Source: Candidatus Woesearchaeota archaeon (GTDB lineage: Archaea; Nanobdellota; Nanobdellia; SCGC-AAA011-G17; UBA489). From it: a DNA stretch of 33,785 nucleotides. The notes under the pieces are model-generated. The model did not search any database. It saw nothing but the letters and a program-made list of their open reading frames with translations, and was not told where the DNA came from. The position numbers were made by a program, and so were the translations under genes. The stretch lies in NCBI GenBank assembly GCA_964367575.1, contig CAYIYF010000001.1, positions 1-33,785 on the forward strand, read 5' to 3'. Position 1 is the first letter of the stretch. The number at the start of each line of letters is the position of its first letter. This document shows, in pieces, positions 14,444 through 22,207 of the stretch.

Positions 14444-15466
14444 TTATTCTCCTAGTTGCGTCATGTTAAGAAAAAGAAGAAACAATATGTTCACTATTGG
14501 AAGGACAACTAAAGTTCCTCCCCATGCCAGTGTCGGTATTGGAATTCCGCCTATTTCTCCACCTATTATATTTATTATTGCGAGAGCCACCATAAACAAC
14601 AAAGGAGCTGCTATCAATACTCCTGTATAAATATCGGAATATGTTGAAAGCGACTCTATGTATTTTTTTCTTTCTGTCCTATAGGTGCTCATTGTCTCGT
14701 CTGCCACGCTACTTAAGTAAGATTTTAAGCTTCCTCCAGATTCTATTGTTGAAGCCATACCATTAAGCAGATCGCGAAATCTCTTTGAAGGTGTTCTTGA
14801 TGCCACATTCTTGAGAGATGTTGTCATATTATAACCAAAAAGATTTACATAATTAATTATTTTTTTTATTTCGCTTTCCAAGCCCTTGTATTCTCCGGAT
14901 TGGAGAAGCAATTTGAATATTGACAATGGCTGGGCACCTGAACCTGCAACAGCAGACATGTGGATTATTGCGAAAGGGAGGTCATTCTTTATTTCTCTTG
15001 ACATTTTTGAGGCAAGAGATGAAGGATAGATATACATTATAACAAAGATTATTGTTCCTCCAACAAACATTGCGATTAGTCCTATAAGAAATGCCAGTGG
15101 ATAATCCATTTCTGCCAACATTGCAATAACTGCAATCAGCATTCCGAAGAATAACCCGCCGAGCAATGTTGATACTAGTAAAATGCTGATGTATGTCTTT
15201 GAAAGTATGCTCATTCCAGAAAAAATAACAGCATCTGCCAAATGCTTGAACATTGAGCCCTTTTTTGCTGAAAGCTCATTTGAATATGAACCCATTATTT
15301 TATTGCAAAAAGAGCCATACCTTGAAGGGACATAAACTGTAAAATCAACATCTTGCTTTTTAATTTTCTTTTTTCTGTATGCCCTTTCAATATCTTCTTT
15401 ATCTATTTCCAATTCTTTCATTAATTTCTTTTTTTTTGATTTAGAAATAATATCTTTTTTTGACAT
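14444..15466 (-). CDS. T2SS-F domain platform protein (TadB/FlaJ-like half)
   Basis: ...SLKNVASRTPSKRFRDLLNGMASTIESGGSLKSYLSSVA... plus flanking transmembrane segments. Separated by 1 nt from the second platform gene. Confidence 0.7.
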   Translation of the reverse strand: MSKKDIISKSKKKKLMKELEIDKEDIERAYRKKKIKKQDVDFTVYVPSRYGSFCNKIMGSYSNELSAKKGSMFKHLADAVIFSGMSILSKTYISILLVSTLLGGLFFGMLIAVIAMLAEMDYPLAFLIGLIAMFVGGTIIFVIMYIYPSSLASKMSREIKNDLPFAIIHMSAVAGSGAQPLSIFKLLLQSGEYKGLESEIKKIINYVNLFGYNMTTSLKNVASRTPSKRFRDLLNGMASTIESGGSLKSYLSSVADETMSTYRTERKKYIESLSTYSDIYTGVLIAAPLLFMVALAIINIIGGEIGGIPIPTLAWGGTLVVLPIVNILFLLFLNMTQLGE

Positions 15467-15482
15467 TTTATTATGAAACAGT

Positions 15483-17066
15483 CTATCTTATGTTGAATCT
15501 TTTCAATACTTCTTCCGGAGTCTTGTAATAAGCGCTGATGATGTTATGAACTTCTTTGTATCCTGTAATATGCCTCTTATACATTCCCCACAGCAATAAT
15601 GTTCTTCTTTCAAATTCCTTCAATATCTGATCTCTTGTCATTCCATATTCTGCTTCAATTTTTTTGAAAATGTGGCTTTCTCGCTTGAAAAAGAATTTAT
15701 CTGTCTGTGGATCCCATGCAAATGGTGTGTTTTTTATGAGACTTCCAACTTTTGTTCCAACTTCAATGATTTCTGTTATGTTCTTTATTCTTCTTACTTC
15801 TTTCCCCCCTATTTTTGATTGAGACATCACACATACAGCGTCAAGAGTTTCAACTAGAGACGGAGAAAGATCAATTGGGGGAGTTTCTAGACGGCGAATC
15901 ATTGTTTCTACGTCTTCTGCATGCATTGTCGACATTGTTGGATGACCTGAAGCTGCACCTTGAAAAAGAACAAATGCCTCTTTTCCGCGTATTTCTCCAA
16001 CTATAACATAATCAGGACGCTGCCTAAAACTTGATTTTAAAAGAGTGAATAAAGAGACTTCTCCTAAATTAGATTCGCCGCCAACGCCTGTTGTTTCCCG
16101 CGATACCGAAGGTAGCCAGTTTGTATGCAATAAATTTAACTCGTGCGTGTCCTCAATAGATACAATTCTTGCTTGCGGCGGCATAAAAAAACACAGACTG
16201 TTTAACAATGAAGTCTTACCTGTTCCTGTTCCGCCAATGATCATAATGTTGGATTCGTATTCTATCAACAACCACAAATATGCAAGCAATTCTGGACTTG
16301 CTGTTTTTACTTCAATTAATTTTACAGGACTCCATGGTTCACTTGTAAATTTACGAATTGTAAAAGTAGGCCCATGTGAAGATATATCCTGTGTGTATGT
16401 TGCGTTTACCCTAGATTTATCTGGAAGTCTTCCATCAAGAATTGGATTTGCATATGATATATATTTGCCACATTTTTGTGCAAGCTTTTCAACAAAATTC
16501 ATCAGCTCATCATTAGATGAAAATGTTATATTTGTCTTTAAGTTCCTATACTTTCTGTGAACAATATACAAAGGAGTGTTGAATCCATTGCACTCAATAT
16601 CCTCTATGTAGTAATCGTGCATCAAAGATTCTATCTGGTTTAACCCTACAAAATCACGATACAAGTAGTACATTAATTTGACAAAAACATCATGAGAAGG
16701 ATTTAATCCGAGTTCTGAAAGAAGAACTGTTGCATTTTTCTCAAGGTAAGAAATAACTGCCTGCTCATCCTGGATATTGATAAAGCTTATGTTGATTAAT
16801 TCTTCAATGCCTTTTTCAAGTGCTATGAGCATATTTTTTTCAGCGTCATTTAATGGCGGCTCTACAAGTTCATAAATCACTTCTTTTTCATTTTCATCCC
16901 AATGTATATGTGCATAAGAATATGGGCTCAACAACGGATACGTTACATCTAATTCCGATTTATTAACTGGCTCAGCCAATGGTGGAATTTCAGGTGATTT
17001 ATCTATATGAAACTCAACATCTGAAGTTGGGGCAGGAACAGCCAAACTCTCTTCTGAAAAAGCCAA
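15483..17066 (-). CDS. type II/IV secretion ATPase (FlaI/PilB/VirB11-like)
   Basis: Walker A IIGGTGTGKTSLLNSL; Asp/His-box region PDYVIVGEIRGKEAFVLFQGAASGHPTMSTMHA. GAGGTG Shine-Dalgarno-like element upstream. Confidence 0.85.
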   Translation of the reverse strand: MAFSEESLAVPAPTSDVEFHIDKSPEIPPLAEPVNKSELDVTYPLLSPYSYAHIHWDENEKEVIYELVEPPLNDAEKNMLIALEKGIEELINISFINIQDEQAVISYLEKNATVLLSELGLNPSHDVFVKLMYYLYRDFVGLNQIESLMHDYYIEDIECNGFNTPLYIVHRKYRNLKTNITFSSNDELMNFVEKLAQKCGKYISYANPILDGRLPDKSRVNATYTQDISSHGPTFTIRKFTSEPWSPVKLIEVKTASPELLAYLWLLIEYESNIMIIGGTGTGKTSLLNSLCFFMPPQARIVSIEDTHELNLLHTNWLPSVSRETTGVGGESNLGEVSLFTLLKSSFRQRPDYVIVGEIRGKEAFVLFQGAASGHPTMSTMHAEDVETMIRRLETPPIDLSPSLVETLDAVCVMSQSKIGGKEVRRIKNITEIIEVGTKVGSLIKNTPFAWDPQTDKFFFKRESHIFKKIEAEYGMTRDQILKEFERRTLLLWGMYKRHITGYKEVHNIISAYYKTPEEVLKRFNIR

Positions 17067-17172
17067 TTTACACCTCTTTTTTTTAAAAACCTTATTTAAG
17101 TAACATTTATGGATTTTTAATTGTTTTGTATTGAAAAATGTGTGTAATGGCTCTTAGCTTATGCTGTGCAAA

Positions 17173-17712
17173 TTAAGTGATTTTTATCTCTATTATCGGT
17201 TTTTCTTCCAGGAACTTGCCAGTATGCCTTACTGTAAGAACATACCTCCCATTAAATGGACTTGTGAACTTTGAGTTCAATGATATGTTGAACTTGTCTG
17301 AAGTGACCCAAAGCCTTGCTTCATTTACTTCTTCAACAAATGTTGAATTCAATATTTGGTGGATATTTCCTTCAATAATTTCGATATCTTTCTCCATTAC
17401 TTCACCAGAAGTGTCCATTGTCCATGCCAATAAATAAGTGCCATTTTCTATGTGAAGCTTACCTTTTTCTATGATCAATGGATCCAACTGGCGCTGACTT
17501 CCAGGGCCTTCATTTGCAACCTTCTTTATTGTATCATCTAGGGTAAGAATAATTTCTTTTGTCCTTATAATTGTGTTCTTATCAGAAATACGATTTACCA
17601 TCGGGATTGTTGCTGCAAGAATCAATGATATAACAACAATTCCAAGGGAGATAAAAAGAACTGCAGAAACCCATATCTCTCCTGACTTCCTCTTTTTTTG
17701 AACCATGAACAT
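17173..17712 (-). CDS. class III signal-peptide pilin-like protein
   Basis: MFMVQKKRKSGEIWVSAVLFISLGIVVISLILAA. Confidence 0.5.
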   Translation of the reverse strand: MFMVQKKRKSGEIWVSAVLFISLGIVVISLILAATIPMVNRISDKNTIIRTKEIILTLDDTIKKVANEGPGSQRQLDPLIIEKGKLHIENGTYLLAWTMDTSGEVMEKDIEIIEGNIHQILNSTFVEEVNEARLWVTSDKFNISLNSKFTSPFNGRYVLTVRHTGKFLEEKPIIEIKIT

Positions 17713-17724
17713 CAGAAATAAAAG

Positions 17725-18228
17725 TTAAAGTGTGTACTCTTGAATGTTTTGAGGGCAGACTATGTCATCTTCTCCAGGCTCACCTTGAACAGTTGCTATG
17801 GCCTCAACTTTTATAGCATTAGTTAAAGTGTCTGACAATATTGCGCCATTTAAATCCTCAAATTTAACCACGCCAAATTTGTCAATGCCTACTGCAGTAA
17901 GACCGCCACTTGCTGAGTCCACTGTTTTTACTTCATTTCCACCGTAAATTCTGAAAATTACTGATTTTATGTTGACTTGGCCGCGATTGTCAATTGTTAT
18001 GCTTCCTGCCAAAGGATCAACATCTGAAATTGAAAAAGAAAGATCTGAAGCACATGTCAATGTATTCTTTGTCTGCTTGTCTGTTGCATCTGCAGTCCTA
18101 TTGACAAAATCCAATCCCCAAGTCATCACAACAGCGGCAAGAGCCACTGCAAAGCCAATAAGCAATACTGTGGCAATTAACGGCGAAATTCCCCTCTTGT
18201 CCATAATTATTTTTTTAGTGCTAAGCAT
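17725..18228 (-). CDS. archaeal type IV pilin (PF07790-type N-terminus), paralogue 3
   Basis: Track ORF 17725..18357. The internal start at 18228 gives MLSTKKIIMDKRGISPLIATVLLIGFAVALAAVVM. The RG-[IV]SP-hydrophobic motif matches the neighbouring paralogue; 18204 is an alternative start. Confidence 0.65.
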   Translation of the reverse strand: MLSTKKIIMDKRGISPLIATVLLIGFAVALAAVVMTWGLDFVNRTADATDKQTKNTLTCASDLSFSISDVDPLAGSITIDNRGQVNIKSVIFRIYGGNEVKTVDSASGGLTAVGIDKFGVVKFEDLNGAILSDTLTNAIKVEAIATVQGEPGEDDIVCPQNIQEYTL

Positions 18229-18703
18229 TCTTAAGGTTAACTGTTGTCTCTGTATTTCCGCAGGTACCCCAGATGACATTGCCTTTTGGACCAGCAACGC
18301 TCTTGGCATAGAGCTTAACTTTTTCAAGATTCCCAATGCCTGGAGAGCCAACAGCAATTATTTCGCCCACACCTCCCTCTTTTATGCTGACCTTGTGATG
18401 AGAATCTATGCTTTCTGCTTCAGAGCCTATGTAACGAACAAGAAATGCATTAATATCCTGATTACCATTATTTGATACCTGTATTCTATTTCCCTGCAAT
18501 AAATTGGTAACCTTAAAACTAATAGCATCACATTCCAAGGATTTTTCAAGATTAATCCCCTGCTTTTGCTGAATGTCCTCTATTAATTCCCCCCCAAAAA
18601 GCATCACGATTGATGTGACAACAACTGCAAAACCAACTAGTATTACTGTTGTAACTAATGGAGAAACACCTCTTTTGTTTTTTGTTTTCATTTTCACGAG
18701 CAC
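18221..18703 (-). CDS. archaeal type IV pilin (PF07790-type N-terminus), paralogue 2
   Basis: MLVKMKTKNKRGVSPLVTTVILVGFAVVVTSIVML. Confidence 0.7.
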   Translation of the reverse strand: MLVKMKTKNKRGVSPLVTTVILVGFAVVVTSIVMLFGGELIEDIQQKQGINLEKSLECDAISFKVTNLLQGNRIQVSNNGNQDINAFLVRYIGSEAESIDSHHKVSIKEGGVGEIIAVGSPGIGNLEKVKLYAKSVAGPKGNVIWGTCGNTETTVNLKNA

Positions 18704-19149
18704 AAGATTGAAATTTCTTTTTCCATGCAGGCAATGAAATCCTTGCCTACTTTTGTTATGGGAATAATCCCTATTTTATTATCAGGAGGCGGTGTTAAAA
18801 TATTTAAATCTATTGATGCATCTTTTCCAGGAAGGAGCGGCGATTCAAAGACAATATCCTCTACAATGTTGATTTGCCGAGTCTTTATCCCTGCAATTGA
18901 AAAAGTGCCCCTATTTTGAATTAGTATTTGCGAGCATAAAGGAGGCGTTTTCTCATAGGCATTTATTGATATATCATTACAGCGCAGATCATTTTCCACG
19001 TTTGTTATTATCCTTTCAGATGTCGATTCTGCTGTATCTTTTACCCAAACTGTGACAATGCCTGCGAGCATTATACCTAAACCAACAAGCAGTATCCAGC
19101 TTATTGGCTCAGAAACTCCTTTTTTCATTCTAGACCTCATTGTTTTCAC
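18694..19149 (-). CDS. archaeal type IV pilin-like protein, paralogue 1
   Basis: MKTMRSRMKKGVSEPISWILLVGLGIMLAGIVTVW. A later start at 19128 (MKKGVSEP) would remove the overlap with the upstream gene. Confidence 0.6.
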   Translation of the reverse strand: MKTMRSRMKKGVSEPISWILLVGLGIMLAGIVTVWVKDTAESTSERIITNVENDLRCNDISINAYEKTPPLCSQILIQNRGTFSIAGIKTRQINIVEDIVFESPLLPGKDASIDLNILTPPPDNKIGIIPITKVGKDFIACMEKEISILCS

Positions 19150-19750
19150 TTATATATACCTTTACATCGTCTTCAAGGTTTTCACGGCTTACAATTATTA
19201 TGTCAGAACGGTTTCCATTTAAAGCAAACATATAATCAATTTCCTGTATTGTGAAGTTTATTATGCTGTTTGAAGGATATGGTGCAATGTCTATACATTC
19301 CTTGTAAAGTGAGGGGTTTATGTCAGGAACATTCAGGCTTATGCCATAAAGCGCAATTGATGTCGACACTTCACTGAAGCACCCATCAATTTCCTTTTCA
19401 TATGCACCTGACTTTAATTTTATGTCAACGTCTGCGTAGTTTCCAACAAATACGAAACCGCGGACTGGAAATGCGTAGATTAGACCAAAATTTGGATTCT
19501 TTGTCTTGGAGTATGATGTAAATGAGACAGTGAAATTAAGAAATGCGCTGTTAACAAGGCCGAGATTGGCGTCCTGCTTGTTGATAAGAGCATTAAGAAG
19601 TTTTGCACTTTCTATCCTGTAGTTCTGTGAGATTTGCTCAAAGTCATCATCAATGACTACCTGATGAACGAGATTCGCTGGAGTGACCAATGTGTATATA
19701 AGAAAAGCAATTATAACAACTGCCAGAATGTAAATTTGCCCTCTTTTCAT
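19130..19750 (-). CDS. class III signal-peptide pilin-like protein
   Basis: Track ORF 19130..19798. The internal ATG at 19750 gives MKRGQIYILAVVIIAFLIYTLV. Confidence 0.5.
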   Translation of the reverse strand: MKRGQIYILAVVIIAFLIYTLVTPANLVHQVVIDDDFEQISQNYRIESAKLLNALINKQDANLGLVNSAFLNFTVSFTSYSKTKNPNFGLIYAFPVRGFVFVGNYADVDIKLKSGAYEKEIDGCFSEVSTSIALYGISLNVPDINPSLYKECIDIAPYPSNSIINFTIQEIDYMFALNGNRSDIIIVSRENLEDDVKVYISENNEV

Positions 19751-19827
19751 CCTATTATTATATAATCTTAATTTATTAATGTTTTCCAATACCTGCATTG
19801 TTTTGTGGCTGCATCATAACAGATATA

Positions 19828-20313
19828 TTAACCCATGTAGGTGTTATTCTTCTTACTTTCGTCTTTCTGGTTCTTCCAGCCTTCTGTCAACTTTGAGGTA
19901 ATGTTTTTAATTTTTGGCCTTACTTCTTTCCATTTGCTGAACATTTCCTTGATTAATTTTGCTTCCTGTTCATCTGTCGAATACAAGTCCAAATCACCAG
20001 AAAGCCTTTCATAATACATTAAATCCTTGAGAAGATTGATAATGTCCTTTTGTTTTTCTTCTTTTGTAAAAAATGAGGATTCTTCTATGCTGATTATTGA
20101 GCCAGGATTTGGCTGAATGATGCCTTGGAGCATGCTGCATGCCCAACCCAACTTGTCATAAATTCTACGCCTTATGAATACTAGTGGTCTTGATATTTCG
20201 AAAATCTCTCTAACATAAAGGAATTCAAACTCGTTGTCAAGAGATTCATAAGATGGAAGGCTGAAGTTTTGCTGTAATTTCTTGTATCTTTCCTTTAAAT
20301 TTTTCATCAGCAT
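19828..20313 (-). CDS. hypothetical cytoplasmic protein at the head of the pilus operon
   Basis: 161-aa ORF, charged and helical-looking, no recognisable motif. Same strand as, and 29 nt upstream of, the first pilin-like gene. Confidence 0.4.
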   Translation of the reverse strand: MLMKNLKERYKKLQQNFSLPSYESLDNEFEFLYVREIFEISRPLVFIRRRIYDKLGWACSMLQGIIQPNPGSIISIEESSFFTKEEKQKDIINLLKDLMYYERLSGDLDLYSTDEQEAKLIKEMFSKWKEVRPKIKNITSKLTEGWKNQKDESKKNNTYMG

Positions 20314-20358
20314 TAAATGATAAAAATATGTTTTTAAGTTTAACTAAAGAAAAAAGGC

Positions 20359-20487
20359 CTAATAAGGCCACAAGAATAATCCAAAATCCTCAAGTACAGA
20401 CCAGTTATCATGGGTTTTTGTTCTGTATTTACTGAGCAAATCAGTATTATCTGAATTTGCCACTTTTAGCTTGTATTGCTCTTGCAT
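20359..20487 (-). CDS. 42-aa mini-ORF with a strong Shine-Dalgarno element
   Basis: Hand translation: MQEQYKLKVANSDNTDLLSKYRTKTHDNWSVLEDFGLFLWPY*. AGGAGG lies 8 nt upstream of the ATG. A GGCC-TAATAA-GGCC palindrome overlaps the stop. Confidence 0.35.
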   Translation of the reverse strand: MQEQYKLKVANSDNTDLLSKYRTKTHDNWSVLEDFGLFLWPY

Positions 20488-20605
20488 TTTGTGTGCCTCC
20501 TGATTTTAGGTAGTACCATCCTAGTGATTTAATATAGATTTGCCGTGTGGGTGAGAAGTGCGAGAAATGCGAACTTTTCGACTTTTTGGGCATAATATTT
20601 ATAAA

Positions 20606-20625
20606 CTATAGTTATTCTATAGTTA
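20606..20625 (+). promoter_or_regulatory. tandem CTATAGTTA repeats, candidate operator of the MazEF-like operon
   Basis: ctatagtta-tt-ctatagtta lies immediately before the ATG at 20628. Each unit contains the palindrome CTATAG. TATA-like tttataaa sits just upstream (about 20597..20604). Confidence 0.45.
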
Positions 20626-20627
20626 AC

Positions 20628-20870
20628 ATGATAACTAGCATACAGCTTCATGATAAAGTGAAAACAGCTCTTGATAAGCTAAAAGAAAAAAATAGCGAAA
20701 CTTATGAAGAGGTCATTGCAAAAATGATATCTCTCTTTGATAAACAAAAAAGGAAAAATAGGGAACTACTTATAGAAGGCTGCAAAGAGATGGCTCAAGA
20801 AAGCCTGAACATCACAAAGGAATTTGAAGTAGCTGATTCTGAAATAGAGTGGGAATGGAATGAAAATTAG
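20628..20870 (+). CDS. RHH/VapB-like antitoxin partnered with MazF
   Basis: Track ORF 20547..20870. The ATG at 20628 gives MITSIQLHDKVKTALDKLKEKNSETYEEVIAKMISL..., the common archaeal antitoxin N-terminus. It overlaps the toxin gene by 11 nt. Confidence 0.6.
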   Translation: MITSIQLHDKVKTALDKLKEKNSETYEEVIAKMISLFDKQKRKNRELLIEGCKEMAQESLNITKEFEVADSEIEWEWNEN

Positions 20871-21204
20871 TAGAGGAGATATAATTCTTGCAAACTTAGA
20901 ACCAGTCATTGGCAGTGAACAGGGCAGGACAAGACCTGTTTTAATTATCCAAAATAATGATTCAAACGAATTTAGTCCGACTACTATCATTGCACCAATA
21001 ACCACTAAAGTGTATACAAAAGAGTTTCCCACAAACGTAGAAATTGAAGCTGACGAGTCAAAATTAAAAAATAAGTCAACAATCTTGCTAAATCAAATAA
21101 GAACGATTGACAAATCAAGACTAATAAAGAGAATTTCTTTTTTGAGTAAAGAGATAATGAACAAAGTTGATTTGGCTATAAAAATAAGCCTTGGACTTGA
21201 ATAA
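20860..21204 (+). CDS. mazF: MazF/PemK-family endoribonuclease toxin
   Basis: RGDIILANLEPVIGSEQGRTRPVLIIQNND...TTIIAPITT...LLNQIRTIDKSRL matches the PemK/MazF signature. Confidence 0.85.
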   Translation: MKISRGDIILANLEPVIGSEQGRTRPVLIIQNNDSNEFSPTTIIAPITTKVYTKEFPTNVEIEADESKLKNKSTILLNQIRTIDKSRLIKRISFLSKEIMNKVDLAIKISLGLE

Positions 21205-21209
21205 ATAAA

Positions 21210-21283
21210 AGCCACCGATGGGATTTGAACCCACGACCTCCGCATTACCAATGCGACGCTCTACCGAGCTGAGCCACGGCGGC
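21210..21283 (-). tRNA. tRNA-Thr(GGU), intronless
   Basis: Hand fold of GCCGCCGTGGCTCAGCTCGGTAGAGCGTCGCATTGGTAATGCGGAGGTCGTGGGTTCAAATCCCATCGGTGGCT: anticodon loop TTGGTAA, T-loop TTCAAAT. Confidence 0.85.
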
Positions 21284-21368
21284 ATTTCTATCTTGAATTA
21301 GTAATGTTTTTTAAGATTATCTTATAAGAAAAGCTATATAAAACATGTTTCTTGTTATACTAGCAAAG

Positions 21369-21878
21369 ATGGATATAAAAAAAGAGAGTTATGTGGCGAG
21401 CAAGGATCCTTTAATTGCCGTTATTATTGTTATTTTTGCTGGTTTTTATGGCATACTTTTTGGGACATTTGAAATTGATTCACAAGTCGTACATGATGGA
21501 ATTCCATTGTTTAATGTAAATGTTGAAATTCCGCGACAGTACAAGGTATCGACAACAGAAGTTTTGACAACAATAAAACTTGTAAATCTTGGCGGCAAAG
21601 AAAGAATGGATGTTGTTTTGGATTATTCAATAACTAATTCATTTGGTAATGTTTTTTTAAGCAAAGGAGAAACTGTTGCCATTGAAACGCAAGCGAGCTT
21701 GGTGCGATACTTTATTCTTCCTGATGGTATTGTTCCTGGTACGTATGAAGTCAATGTCGTGGTGTTATCTCTGGATGGAAAACCTTATGCCGTTGCGAAA
21801 GATTCTTTTGAGGTTCCAAAGATAAAATCAGATAGCTTCTTTTTACGAGTATTTTCTCCTATTTTTGCATTGTTTTAA
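21369..21878 (+). CDS. membrane protein carrying a beta-sandwich domain paralogous to the membrane-proximal domain of the large adhesin
   Basis: Track ORF 21345..21878 (starts at 21345 or 21369). LFNVNVEIP...TEVLTTIKLVNLGG...VVLDYSITNSFGNV...ETQ...PGTYEVNVVVLS...AKDSFEV aligns by eye with LFDIAFHVD...TEILTTVSLINFGE...VVYVIKNGAGEV...ETQ...EGVYTIGVTLKY...SEDTFTIV of the 22204 protein. Confidence 0.55.
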   Translation: MDIKKESYVASKDPLIAVIIVIFAGFYGILFGTFEIDSQVVHDGIPLFNVNVEIPRQYKVSTTEVLTTIKLVNLGGKERMDVVLDYSITNSFGNVFLSKGETVAIETQASLVRYFILPDGIVPGTYEVNVVVLSLDGKPYAVAKDSFEVPKIKSDSFFLRVFSPIFALF

Positions 21879-21994
21879 CCTTTTCGAGTGTCTTTGCTGT
21901 ACTATATGCTAATGATTATTACTAATAATTATCGTTGATGTATATTTATAAAGTATCTTATAGATTTATATACTAGTATGAACAATAAAATAAC

Positions 21995-22207
21995 ATGGGT
22001 AAAGTAGACATTGTGCTCGAAAAGAGCAAAGACGCTCTCAAACATGATCCTAGAGGACTGACTATTCAAGAGATTTCTCAGAAAATGCATGTTTCAAGGA
22101 TAACTGCAGCAATAGCCCTTGCCAGGCTTGAAGGGGCTGGTTTGATTGATGTTCGCGTTGTTGGAAATTGCAAATTACATTATTGGAGAGAGGGCAAGAA
22201 GAAATGA
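21995..22207 (+). CDS. 70-aa winged-helix DNA-binding protein
   Basis: LTIQEISQKMHVSRITAAIALARLEGAGLIDVRVVGNCKLHYW has an HTH-plus-wing layout. Its TGA overlaps the ATG at 22204 (ATGA). Confidence 0.6.
   Translation: MGKVDIVLEKSKDALKHDPRGLTIQEISQKMHVSRITAAIALARLEGAGLIDVRVVGNCKLHYWREGKKK

Noticed and set aside
22168-22203. TTG start for the adhesin that would overlap the wHTH gene by 40 nt
   Set aside because: The ATG at 22204 forms an ATGA stop/start overlap and is immediately followed by a canonical signal peptide.
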